This document shows positions 44,842-55,713 of a stretch of 64,000 bases of DNA, piece by piece. The position numbers were made by a program, and so were the translations under genes. Source of the stretch: an uncultured bacterium (GTDB lineage: Bacteria; Patescibacteriota; Minisyncoccia; UBA6257; 2-01-FULL-56-20); the NCBI GenBank assembly GCA_963707865.1, contig OY970175.1:630028-694027 (forward strand), written 5' to 3'. Under the pieces are notes generated by a model. The model saw only the letters and a program-made list of their open reading frames with translations, was not told where the DNA came from and searched no databases. How positions within the stretch are numbered: position 1 is the first letter of the stretch; each line of letters opens with the position of its first letter.

Positions 44842-46008
44842 ATGGCACACTGCGAACATTGCTTTCCGTTCCCACCACGCCACTTTGAGAACTGGTTCAA
44901 CGACCTTCTGGAGCTTTTGTTCTATCCTCCTTTTGAACGCATAACGCCGTCTCTTTTCAATTCTCAGTTTTTTGAAAAGGCGATCACGAACTGCTTTGTT
45001 TTTGTCGGCATCGTGCGGAAAGAGAAAGAATTCCCGCTTAATGAGATAAATCCCATTGCGGCGCTCTTTATACAACACGGGAGGGCGAGAGGCATAGAAT
45101 TTGAAGCCCTGCGGGGACCCTTCGGCTATCTCACGTTTTTCCGGATGCGCATTGGAGGGCAGTCGTACGAATTTGACCGCCTCCCCGGCGCCTCAGCGAA
45201 CTCCCTTGCCGCAGACGACAAATGGCACACGAAAAAAGCGCTCCGCAAGCTGGGCTACCCCGTTGCAGAAGGAATGCCGTTCTGGTGGTTCCAAAAACGC
45301 AAGGCGGCGCACTACGCGGAAATGCTCAGATACCCCGTCGTCGTAAAACCGCGCAAGGGATCTTTGAGCCAGCACCTCTTTGTCGTAAAATGCGCCTCCG
45401 AGCTCCTGCCGGCGCTCCACGGCGTCGCGCAATACTCGCCGGTATGCATGGTAGAAAAATTCGTTCCCAGCGCCACTTTGTACCGCATAACGATCGTGGA
45501 CGGCGAGAAAATGTTCGTCGTGAAGCGCCTCCCCGCAGAGGTCACGGGCGACGGAAAAAGCACGCTCCGAGCACTCATCCACAAAATAAAATTCGATCAA
45601 AAAAATCTTGACAAGGTCATTCTCAAAGAACAAGGGGTCGGCCTTGATTTGCTCATCGCAAAGGGAAAAAAAATATTTCTCCAGCGCAAGGCCATCCTCG
45701 CGCTCGGATCAAAAATAGAAGAGGTTCCTCTCTCCGAGGTACATCGCGATATCGTCGCCGCGAGCCAAGCTATTGCGAAGCACTTCCGCCTGCCGCTCGT
45801 CGGCATTGATATCCTTCTTCGCGACCACACGCGACCGCTCAAGGATCAAACCGCCGCGATCCTGGAACTCAACACTCTCCCAAACATCCTCATGCACACG
45901 TCCGAGAAAAACGGTGAAACAGAGAATAAAGTCGCCGACGCGCTCGTGGATTTCGCGCTCACGCACTTCGGCGGGCAGATAAATGACGGGCAAATAAATC
46001 AGCGTTAG
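44842..46008 (+). CDS. ATP-grasp family protein (cyanophycin-synthetase N-terminal- or RimK-like ligase).
   Basis: ATP-grasp core (YPVVVKPRKGSLSQHLFVV…MVEKFVP…ELNTLPNI). Confidence 0.45.
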   Translation: MAHCEHCFPFPPRHFENWFNDLLELLFYPPFERITPSLFNSQFFEKAITNCFVFVGIVRKEKEFPLNEINPIAALFIQHGRARGIEFEALRGPFGYLTFFRMRIGGQSYEFDRLPGASANSLAADDKWHTKKALRKLGYPVAEGMPFWWFQKRKAAHYAEMLRYPVVVKPRKGSLSQHLFVVKCASELLPALHGVAQYSPVCMVEKFVPSATLYRITIVDGEKMFVVKRLPAEVTGDGKSTLRALIHKIKFDQKNLDKVILKEQGVGLDLLIAKGKKIFLQRKAILALGSKIEEVPLSEVHRDIVAASQAIAKHFRLPLVGIDILLRDHTRPLKDQTAAILELNTLPNILMHTSEKNGETENKVADALVDFALTHFGGQINDGQINQR

Positions 46009-46364
46009 CGCTCGTCCGGAAATTCAAACATTGGTGCGTCGTGATCTATGATAACGCGGCCGGTAATCTTTTCCTCGGAATCCCACAGAATTGCCCAATG
46101 GTGCTGTGTATTCTTATTGCAGCGGCACTCGGTTATCGGTTTCCCGGAAGCATCCTCTTTATGCCCATACCGAATGGGCTGTCTTCCCTCGCAACCGGGG
46201 TGCGGACAAAGAAATAATCTTGCAAGCGTTCCTTCTTTTCTTGTATCAAATGTTTCTCCGGGCTGAAACGGCTTCGGATTGGGCGTCAATGGTCCCTCCT
46301 GCCGCAGCTCGCGTTCCCAATCGTCGGGGGGAAGCGACGGCGGCCCTTCTTCGGACCGCTCCAT
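46005..46364 (-). CDS. Small hypothetical protein with a Cys/His cluster (zinc-ribbon-like).
   Basis: C-terminal 119 aa of ORF 46005..46607, from the internal Met MERSEEG…; CPHPGCEG…CRCN. Confidence 0.3.
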   Translation of the reverse strand: MERSEEGPPSLPPDDWERELRQEGPLTPNPKPFQPGETFDTRKEGTLARLFLCPHPGCEGRQPIRYGHKEDASGKPITECRCNKNTQHHWAILWDSEEKITGRVIIDHDAPMFEFPDER

Positions 46365-46399
46365 CCGTGGTGAATGTGCAGTTTGTCTTTGATATTTGA

Positions 46400-47386
46400 A
46401 CGGCGGCGGACCGGCGGGACATCGAGATACTTCGCAGTAAGGGCCGCTCGCTCCAGGAGATCGCGGATACGTTTCATCGGCCAAAGAGCGGCATTTGGTA
46501 CGAACTCCAGAAGAGGCGGAAAGGGAGATCGTATGACGCTGAATATGCAAAGCACCTGCACTATGTGCGGATGCGACAAAAGCGGAAAATCGGCAAGAAG
46601 ATAGCATTTCATGACGACCTCAAACGATTCGTTGATGCCGCCCTCCTGGATGACCAGGCGCCGGAGGAGATCGCAAAACGACTGAGGCGCATTGAACGGC
46701 GCCTGCCCTATGTTTCCGCTTCGGCCATCCGGCGCTACCTCAAAAGCGTCTACGGGCGGAGAATCGAATACCATCGGAGCAAAGTCTTCAAAAAGAAACG
46801 GCGCAAAGTTGCGGTGCGGAAACAGATCCTGCACAAGAGGATGATCTCCAAGAGGCCAAGCAAAATCAACAAACGGTGGGGTCTTGGCCATATGGAAGGC
46901 GACTTCATCGTATCGGGGAAAAGCGGACGAGGCATGGTCTTCGCCCTCCGCGACCGGAAGGTACGGAAGAATCTTTTGGAGAAAATACTGCCGGTGTCGC
47001 TCCGCACGGTCGATCAGGCGCTGGGCAGGATGAAGCAGCGCTACCCGGAGATGCAGACGATCACTTTCGACAACGATATCCTGTTTCTTGAGCATCAAAC
47101 CTTGGAAAAGAAATATGGCATCAAGATATATTTCTGCTTCCCGCACTCCCCGTGGCAGAAGCCGAGTATCGAGCAACTGAACAAAGTACTGCGGCGCTAC
47201 ATCCCCAAAAGCTCCGACATATCAAAATATTCCCGCAGGTTCATCGCGAATCTTGAAAAGAAGATGAATCGCAAATTCATGGATGTCCTCCGTTCCCTCA
47301 CGCCCGATGAGGCGTATGAGAAAGAGAAGAAACAAAAACAGCGCCGGAGGGCGCGTCGGAAAGAAAAAACTCAGCGTTCAAATTGA
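46400..47386 (+). mobile_element. IS30-family transposase, N-terminally truncated with no start codon before the HTH region. Probably a degenerate or inactive copy.
   Basis: Open frame from the TGA at 46397-46399. The HTH region (LRSKGRSLQEIADTFHRPKSGIWYELQKRRKG) has no upstream start. The DDE domain motifs are GHMEGDFIV, TITFDND and FCFPHSPWQKPSIEQLNKVLRRYIPK. Confidence 0.65.
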
Positions 47387-47467
47387 GGGGTTTGGGTGCC
47401 ATGCCTTGGCATACCCACATTATACGAAACGACGAATGTCCCGGCAATATCAATTCTTCCATAAAGT

Positions 47468-48361
47468 TTATTTGGTCGCCATTCTCTTTACTGCAACAGG
47501 CTTATAGAAACGATTGAATTGTTCCAATGACCAGTAACAGCTGCCTCCCTCAATTGAGGTCGCATGCCAAATTTCCCGGCTTGGTTCATTGGTATAGATA
47601 GCCGTGTGAAGCGAAGTAATATATTCGTCCGTGTTGGGGAATGTTTTCTCACTTTTATGAACCGGTTCTCCAGCTTTGTTGCGAATTCCCTCGGCATAAA
47701 TAACATCCCCCGCTTGGAGAGCGACAAATTTAATTTCCTGCCCTTTCTTGAATACGAACTCGCCCGTTTTATAGTACGCATCCGGGCAAAGCACTTCTTC
47801 CGGCGCCAGAAATAATCCCCTAGATACTAAAAAATAGAGCTGTAACGCTCTGCGGCAATTGCCGGTCTGCCAATCCCCTAATAATTCTTCCTTTGTAGAA
47901 AACGGACCCGCATCGTGCTCATAAGAAAATTGCTTTAGGGTCTTTTTCAAGATGGACTGGACGAGCTCCGGCGCGAGATCGGCGAGCGGCCGCAGCACGA
48001 AATCCCGTTCCGCGATGCGCGGATGGGGAATTTCAAGCGCTTCGTCATGGTACGTGAGGTCGTCGTAGAACAAGATATCAATATCAATTTCCCGCGGGCC
48101 CCATCGGTAACGCTCTACGCGGCCAACTTCCCTTTCCACGCGCTTCACAAAATCCAAAAGCTCGAGGGGAGAAAGCACTGTAGTGCCCGATAGCGCGGTA
48201 TTCAAAAAATCGGGCTGGTCCGTAACTCCCACCGGTTTCGTTTTATAGAGTGGCGCCACTTTGATATCCGATATCTTTTCGCCAAGCAATGCAATCGCCC
48301 GTTCAATGTTCGCGCGCCGGTCGCCCACATTCGCTCCAAGCGCAAGGTAGATCTTCGGCAC
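47468..48361 (-). CDS. folK: Hydroxymethyldihydropterin pyrophosphokinase (FolK) with an extra C-terminal domain of roughly 140 aa of unknown function.
   Basis: HPPK motifs in the N-terminal region (IYLALGANVGDR, REIDIDILFY, HPRIAERDFVLRPL). The C-terminal half has no recognised match. Confidence 0.7.
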   Translation of the reverse strand: MPKIYLALGANVGDRRANIERAIALLGEKISDIKVAPLYKTKPVGVTDQPDFLNTALSGTTVLSPLELLDFVKRVEREVGRVERYRWGPREIDIDILFYDDLTYHDEALEIPHPRIAERDFVLRPLADLAPELVQSILKKTLKQFSYEHDAGPFSTKEELLGDWQTGNCRRALQLYFLVSRGLFLAPEEVLCPDAYYKTGEFVFKKGQEIKFVALQAGDVIYAEGIRNKAGEPVHKSEKTFPNTDEYITSLHTAIYTNEPSREIWHATSIEGGSCYWSLEQFNRFYKPVAVKRMATK

Positions 48362-48363
48362 GG

Positions 48364-49203
48364 CTAGAGTAATTTTTCAAAAACGGCCAGGAATTTTTTG
48401 GTCGGAAGGACGTCGTGCGTACGGACAATCCGGACGCCTTGCATTACGGCAACGGCTATTTCCGCAAGCCCCGCTTCAACCCTATCCACGGGGGGCGGCG
48501 GAGCGGGGAGGCGAAGCTCGTCCCGTAAAATCATACCAAGATGGCTCTTACGCGACACGCCGATCATAACCGGCACGCCGAATCTCGTGAATGCGCCACA
48601 ATTCTTTACAATCTGAAGATTGTGCTCCACGGTTTTCCCGAACCCAATGCCGGGATCAAGGATAAACCGTTCCTTTCTAATCCCATGCCTAGCGCCGAAT
48701 TTCATCTGCTCTCTGAAAAAATCGCCGATATCTTTCACAACGTTCCTATACACAATCCTTCCCTTCTGCATCGTTTTCGGTTCGCCCTTCACATGGTAGA
48801 TCGCGACGCGGCACCCGGCGTCTGCAACGACATTGGCCAGTGCGGGATCAAATATAAATCCGCCCAAGCTGTTCACAATACCCGCTCCCTCGCGCAGCGC
48901 TTCCCGTGCGACCGATGCCAGATTGGTATCAACCGAAATCACCACCTTCCTGCCAAGCTTTTTCCGAATCCCACGAATCACGGGCAGGACTCGTACGAGC
49001 TGCTCGCGCGGAGAAACCGGTTCCGAACCCGGCCGCGTGGACTCGCCTCCCACGTCAATGATATCCGCACCATCCGTCGCCATCCGCGCCGCATACGCGA
49101 CCGCCCTCGGGACATTCTTGTAATACAACCCGCCGTCCGAGAACGAATCGGGGGTGACGTTCAGAACGCCCACAATAAGAGTCCGCCCACTACCACGTAT
49201 CAT
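48364..49203 (-). CDS. folP: Dihydropteroate synthase.
   Basis: Pterin-binding DHPS motifs (ILNVTPDSFSDGG, DIIDVGGESTRPG). Confidence 0.85.
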   Translation of the reverse strand: MIRGSGRTLIVGVLNVTPDSFSDGGLYYKNVPRAVAYAARMATDGADIIDVGGESTRPGSEPVSPREQLVRVLPVIRGIRKKLGRKVVISVDTNLASVAREALREGAGIVNSLGGFIFDPALANVVADAGCRVAIYHVKGEPKTMQKGRIVYRNVVKDIGDFFREQMKFGARHGIRKERFILDPGIGFGKTVEHNLQIVKNCGAFTRFGVPVMIGVSRKSHLGMILRDELRLPAPPPPVDRVEAGLAEIAVAVMQGVRIVRTHDVLPTKKFLAVFEKLL

Positions 49204-49223
49204 GACGTAATGTTAACAGATTG

Positions 49224-49310
49224 CGGAAGGGGCGAGATTCGAACTCGCGGTACCATTTCTGGCACACGATCTTTCCAGGATCGCCAGTTAAACCACTCCT
49301 GCACCCTTCC
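49224..49310 (-). tRNA. tRNA-Ser (anticodon GGA).
   Basis: Manual fold: acceptor GGAAGGG, anticodon loop CTGGAAA, long variable arm, T-arm GCGAG-TTCGAAT-CTCGC. Confidence 0.7.
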
Positions 49311-49445
49311 ATTCTTTATATAAATTGTTAATCCTAGGGTTCGCAGAACCGAAGGTACGGAGATACTTTACCACAGAATTCTCGCTGTATAAACATCGCT
49401 TTCAATCCGCGATTGCCGCCCCGAGGTGGTGCCTGTCAGAGATTT

Positions 49446-50138
49446 TTATCCAATAATAGTGCCCTGAAAATCCTTTCCGTTCAAGAGGTTGCGGAAATTC
49501 GTAAGATTGCGGCCATCCACGATAATCGCCGTGAGGTCCTCCCGCGCGGCGAGCGCGGCGCCTACGGGATCCACCGGCGCGTGGAGGCCCGGCTTCCATT
49601 TCCGGGGAATGAGCCGCTGATATTCCTTCCATGTGAGCTTGTGGAATGGTTTTGCGCCGGCAAACTTCATATGGTCCTTGTCGTACACGTGATCCGGTTT
49701 GCCTGCGACAATTACCTCTCCCACACCGAGATCCGCCGCAATTTGGATGGCGACGTAGTCCGTTGACCACCCTGGCCGCCATCCTGCCGCGAGGGTCACA
49801 GGATATTTCGGCCGCTTCACTTTCTCACGTGCGTCAATGATCACCGGGTCCGCAATCTCGCGGAAAACCGTGCGGAGGAAATGCGCGTTCAGGCGCGTCG
49901 CGTGGATACCGATCCAGTCCTTGTCCTCGTCGTTCACTCTTGTCACCTTCGCCGCCGCTTCCTGAAAACGGCGGGCCAATTTGCCACCGCCGATCACGAG
50001 CACGAACTTTGTCCCGCGCCGGAGATATGGCGCAATGAATTTTTTGAACTTTTTAACGAACGCAGTATCAATTTCATCCGGATAAACGATAGAACCGCCG
50101 AGGGCCATTACCACTGTTTTTCCGAACGAATATTTCAT
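49446..50138 (-). CDS. pyrH: UMP kinase (archaeal-type uridylate kinase).
   Basis: Amino-acid-kinase fold (VMALGGSIV, VLVIGGGKLAR), about 230 aa, resembling archaeal PyrH. Confidence 0.65.
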   Translation of the reverse strand: MKYSFGKTVVMALGGSIVYPDEIDTAFVKKFKKFIAPYLRRGTKFVLVIGGGKLARRFQEAAAKVTRVNDEDKDWIGIHATRLNAHFLRTVFREIADPVIIDAREKVKRPKYPVTLAAGWRPGWSTDYVAIQIAADLGVGEVIVAGKPDHVYDKDHMKFAGAKPFHKLTWKEYQRLIPRKWKPGLHAPVDPVGAALAAREDLTAIIVDGRNLTNFRNLLNGKDFQGTIIG

Positions 50139-50143
50139 GGGCG

Positions 50144-51049
50144 TTAGACGGAAAGTGCTTTGAGCGCCGCAATACGCTCTTCAATCGGCGGGTGGGTCAT
50201 AAAAAGCTTGTGCCACCAGGAGGTCTGGCCCCCCTTGAACGGATTATCCAGCCACATGTGTGCAGTGGAATCCTTCGCGGAACGCATAGGCGTGGAATCC
50301 TCTCCGATCTTTTCCAATGCCGAGATCAGCCCTTCGGGATAGCGCGTGAGGAGTACGCCCGAGGCGTCCGCGAGCGCCTCGCGGCGACGTGAGATCGCAA
50401 GCTGGATAAGCATCGTGCCGATCGGCGCCAAAATGGAAAGGACGATCGCGAAAATAAAGAACATTTCGCCAGCTTCGCTATTGTTGCCCCTCCGCCCGCC
50501 GCCCATGCCTCCAAAAAAGAGTGATCGCAGAAAGATATCCGCGACGAGAGAGATGATGCCCGCGAGGATCGCAGCGACGGTGGACACGAGGATGTCGCGG
50601 TTGCCCACATGCGAAAGTTCATGCGCAAGTACGCCTTCCAGCTCGGTCTTGCTGAGACGCGCGAGCGCGCCCTGTGTGACCGCGACCGCGGCATGCTGCG
50701 GATCGCGCCCGGTCGCAAAGGCGTTGATCTGCATCTCGGGCGTTATGTAGAGTTTCGGCATCGGTAAGCCGGAGGCAATGCAAAGATTTTCCACAACATT
50801 GTAGAGCATTGGATTGTCGCTTTTCTCAACCGGCTGCGCGCGCGCCAAAGAAAGCGCGATCGCCGCGGAAGAATAATAACTGATGAGTGAATAGACGACG
50901 CTGAAGATCAGCGCGAACACAATAAAACTCGGATCACCGTACGCCTGCGAGAAAACATACCCGATACCAACGACCACGACGAAAAATACCACGAACAAAA
51001 CCCATGTTCTGCGGATGTTCGCAGATTGATATGTATACAGATTAGCCAT
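50144..51049 (-). CDS. htpX: Zinc metalloprotease HtpX (M48 family).
   Basis: HELSH motif (LAHELSHVGNRD) and N-terminal transmembrane helices. Confidence 0.85.
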   Translation of the reverse strand: MANLYTYQSANIRRTWVLFVVFFVVVVGIGYVFSQAYGDPSFIVFALIFSVVYSLISYYSSAAIALSLARAQPVEKSDNPMLYNVVENLCIASGLPMPKLYITPEMQINAFATGRDPQHAAVAVTQGALARLSKTELEGVLAHELSHVGNRDILVSTVAAILAGIISLVADIFLRSLFFGGMGGGRRGNNSEAGEMFFIFAIVLSILAPIGTMLIQLAISRRREALADASGVLLTRYPEGLISALEKIGEDSTPMRSAKDSTAHMWLDNPFKGGQTSWWHKLFMTHPPIEERIAALKALSV

Positions 51050-51052
51050 GAC

Positions 51053-51604
51053 CTAAAATTTCACCTGCACCGGCTGCTTCTCGGCTTCCGTAAGGTCGCC
51101 GAAGAAATCCATCTTTGTGAAACCGAATGCGTTCGCAAACATGTTTGTCGGGAAAACCTGGATCTTCGTGTTCAAGTCGCGCACCATGCCGTTGTAGAAG
51201 CGGCGCGCGGCCTGGATCTTATCTTCGGTGTCGGTCAACTGGCTCTGCAAATCCAAAAAATTCTCGTTCGCCTTCAACTGCGGATAATTCTCCGCCACCG
51301 CGAACAATGATTTCAAGGCGCCGGAGAGCTGGTTTTCCGCGCCGGCCTTCGCCGCGCCCGTCGCCTGCATTGCCTGCGAACGCGCCTGCGTCACTTTTTC
51401 AAAAACGCCCGCTTCGTGTGCCATATAACCCTTCACACTCTCCACCAAATTGGGAATAAGGTCATACCGGCGCTTCAACTGCACGTCAATGTCGGACCAC
51501 GCTTCCTGCGCGCGATTCCGCGTCTGCACAAGGCCGTTGTACGCAAGAACAAGCCACAGCAAGATGATGACGATGAGAACCAAGATGATCCAAAGTGCAA
51601 TCAT
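51053..51604 (-). CDS. lemA: LemA-family membrane protein.
   Basis: N-terminal transmembrane helix plus the LemA signature (YNGLV…AW.DIDVQLKRRYDLIPNLVE). Confidence 0.8.
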   Translation of the reverse strand: MIALWIILVLIVIILLWLVLAYNGLVQTRNRAQEAWSDIDVQLKRRYDLIPNLVESVKGYMAHEAGVFEKVTQARSQAMQATGAAKAGAENQLSGALKSLFAVAENYPQLKANENFLDLQSQLTDTEDKIQAARRFYNGMVRDLNTKIQVFPTNMFANAFGFTKMDFFGDLTEAEKQPVQVKF

Positions 51605-51649
51605 GTTAGATGTTTTTAGTATACCACGCGACGTGAAGCGGGCAAGGAA

Positions 51650-53338
<1,689 letters not shown>

Positions 53339-53345
53339 TTAGAAA

Positions 53346-53642
53346 TTAGTCATTAGAAATTATCGCAAGGATGTCGTCCTCGTCGCCAACCAGATATTTC
53401 TTCTCGTCAATCTCAATCTCGTCCGGCCCATATTTTTTGAAAAGAACAATGTCGCCGACCTTGACCGACATTGGTTGCAATTCGCCTTTGTCGTTGCGCT
53501 TCCCGGGACCCACCGCGAGCACTTTCCCTTTTATCGGCTTTTCTTTCTCCGCCGTTTCCGGAAGAACGATGCCACCCTTCGTCTTTTTCTCTTCCTCCAC
53601 TGGCTCAAGGAACAAATGATTTGATAACGGTTTGAAATTCAT
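53346..53642 (-). CDS. groS: Co-chaperonin GroES.
   Basis: MNFKPL…IVLPE…GKVLAVGPG signature. Start taken at the internal Met. Confidence 0.9.
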   Translation of the reverse strand: MNFKPLSNHLFLEPVEEEKKTKGGIVLPETAEKEKPIKGKVLAVGPGKRNDKGELQPMSVKVGDIVLFKKYGPDEIEIDEKKYLVGDEDDILAIISND

Positions 53643-53736
53643 TGTTGTTTTTAAATGTTTTGGCACTCACGACCCTTGAGTGCCAATAGGTATTCTATGC
53701 CGAACGGCGACGTTGTCAAGCACAAGTCAATAGTTG

Positions 53737-53961
53737 CTATATTACGCTCCGGAAATTCTCTTCGGTAATCTCGGCGAGTTCCAAAACGCTGAGTAAAGTT
53801 CCGCGTGCCAGTTCCTTGTGTAGTGGGACAATTGAGGTAATGGTCCTCCCTGCGCTTTTCTTGCGCAATTTCACATGGCTTCCTTTTTGAGAAACAGGCG
53901 AAAAGCCAAATGCCCGCTCCAACACCCAAATAACCTTTTTGCCGGAGAATGTTTTTGCCAC
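53737..53961 (-). CDS. hicA: HicA-family toxin (mRNA interferase).
   Basis: YcfA/HicA fold (…SQKGSHVKLRK…); 74 aa. Confidence 0.65.
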   Translation of the reverse strand: MAKTFSGKKVIWVLERAFGFSPVSQKGSHVKLRKKSAGRTITSIVPLHKELARGTLLSVLELAEITEENFRSVI

Positions 53962-53970
53962 GGCCCGGTT

Positions 53971-54231
53971 CTATAATTCTACAGACGTAATAAAAGGAGC
54001 TTCCTTTGAAAGAATCCTCTTCGCCCGGGGATCATCTTCTAGATAAAGTTCAATGGCCTCATGCACATTACGGCGGGCTTCATCAATGGTTCTTCCCTGG
54101 CTCGCCACACCTAACTCCAACGAACGGGCGACAAACCACTTGCCCTCCTTTTGAATAATAACGATTGACTTATACGCCATGGTACCGTCATTGTATGCCC
54201 GCACCGTACCACCGTCAAATAAAAATCTCAT
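53971..54231 (-). CDS. hicB: HicB-family antitoxin.
   Basis: UPF0150/HicB-like, 86 aa, immediately upstream of hicA. Confidence 0.6.
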   Translation of the reverse strand: MRFLFDGGTVRAYNDGTMAYKSIVIIQKEGKWFVARSLELGVASQGRTIDEARRNVHEAIELYLEDDPRAKRILSKEAPFITSVEL

Positions 54232-54274
54232 ACGGCGATTGTACCACGCCGACCATTAAATTTTTGTTAAACGC

Positions 54275-55213
54275 CTATGCGCGCTTCAACTGGTCGTAGA
54301 TATTGAGGACGGCCTTCACGGCGTCGCCCACGGAGATATTGTTCTGCCGGTATGGGACATCCGTCACGTCCCCCACCGCCCAGATGCCCGGGCACGAGGT
54401 GCCCTGCGTACGCGCATCGATAACGACATGGCCAAAGTCGTCAAGCTTCACAAGGTCTTTCACAAAATCGGAGTTGGGAAGCAAGCCGACCTCCACAAAC
54501 ACACCGTCAAGCGCGAGATCTTTCTCTTCTCCTGTCTTCACGTCCTTCACGCGGATGCCGGTCACCGTATCTTTCCCCTTTACTTCCAAAACCACCGTGT
54601 TCCAAAGGATGGTCACCTTGGGATTTCCTTTCACTTTGTCCTGCGAGATGGGGTCGCCTTTCAAAATCTCCGAACGGACAATCAAATAAATCTTGGATGC
54701 ATAGGGAAAGAGATCCATGACCGACTCAAGCGCGGAATTCCCACCGCCAACCACGGCGGTCACTTTATCCTTGAAAATGGGCGCGTCGCACGTGGAGCAA
54801 TACACCACACCTTTCCCGTCAAATTCCTTCTCGCCGGGAACGCCGAGCTTTTTCCTGCGGCTGCCGGAAGCCAACAAGAAATATTTCGTTTCATATGTTT
54901 TTCCGTTCCGCGTCACAAGCGAAAAGCCCTGCCCGGCACCGGACAGGGCAGCATCCCTTTTTTGGATAGCAGCCACAAGATCATCATCCACAATATCAAT
55001 ATCGGTCTGCGCACGAAGATGTTCTTCCAACGACTTCGCAAGATCGTAGCCGGAAATGGACTTCGTGCCGATCCAGTTCTGCACGTCGGCCGAAACCACC
55101 GACTGGCCGCCGAAGCTGTCAGTGATAAGCAGTGTTTTTATTTTCTTCCTGGCGGCATACACGCCCGCAGCTACTCCACCGGGGCCACCGCCAATAATAA
55201 CCAAATCGTACAT
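54275..55213 (-). CDS. trxB: Thioredoxin reductase.
   Basis: FAD motif (IIGGGPGG), redox-active CSTCD motif, NADPH-binding motif (GGGNSA). Confidence 0.9.
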   Translation of the reverse strand: MYDLVIIGGGPGGVAAGVYAARKKIKTLLITDSFGGQSVVSADVQNWIGTKSISGYDLAKSLEEHLRAQTDIDIVDDDLVAAIQKRDAALSGAGQGFSLVTRNGKTYETKYFLLASGSRRKKLGVPGEKEFDGKGVVYCSTCDAPIFKDKVTAVVGGGNSALESVMDLFPYASKIYLIVRSEILKGDPISQDKVKGNPKVTILWNTVVLEVKGKDTVTGIRVKDVKTGEEKDLALDGVFVEVGLLPNSDFVKDLVKLDDFGHVVIDARTQGTSCPGIWAVGDVTDVPYRQNNISVGDAVKAVLNIYDQLKRA

Positions 55214-55227
55214 TAAGAGAATATTAT

Positions 55228-55470
55228 CTACTTCTTCGCGGGCAGGAGGAGACCTTCCAACGTCTTCTTATCAAAACCGACGATGATCTCGCCGCCCACG
55301 TCAATCACGGGAACACCCATCTGTTGGGATTTTGCGAACATTTCCTCCCGGGCCTTTTGATCAATGGCCACGTTGTGTTCCTCATACGCAATCCCGTTCT
55401 TTTGGAAAAAATCCTTTGCCATCCTACAATATACGCAGGTCGGCGTGCTGTAAATAATAACTTTTTTCAT
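55228..55470 (-). CDS. Glutaredoxin-like protein (NrdH/Grx family).
   Basis: CVYC active site in a thioredoxin fold; 80 aa. Confidence 0.75.
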   Translation of the reverse strand: MKKVIIYSTPTCVYCRMAKDFFQKNGIAYEEHNVAIDQKAREEMFAKSQQMGVPVIDVGGEIIVGFDKKTLEGLLLPAKK

Positions 55471-55658
55471 GGATTTGCCTGTGACGGACCTTTATTGCTT
55501 CGTTTCTCTCCGAAGAGCAACCAACTGTTCACAAGGATAAGAATAAGGCCGCAGAGGATGCTGCTCCACTTCGCGATTGAGATATTCGCAAATCCCAAAA
55601 GCCACGGCGAAAGCAAAATCCAAAGTCCGACGATTCCTTCTGTCCAATATGCCACCAC
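55467..55658 (-). CDS. Small membrane protein (SPW-repeat-like).
   Basis: 63 aa with two transmembrane helices and an SPW motif. Confidence 0.35.
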   Translation of the reverse strand: MVAYWTEGIVGLWILLSPWLLGFANISIAKWSSILCGLILILVNSWLLFGEKRSNKGPSQANP

Positions 55659-55713
55659 AACTCTATTTTAGGAGTCGGCCACGCCCGAGTCAAATGTCGC
55701 CTTGCCTGTCCCA

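Noticed and set aside
46286-47176. A 296-aa minus-strand ORF antisense to the IS30 transposase.
   Set aside because: It runs antisense to a gene with clear DDE-transposase homology and has no motifs.
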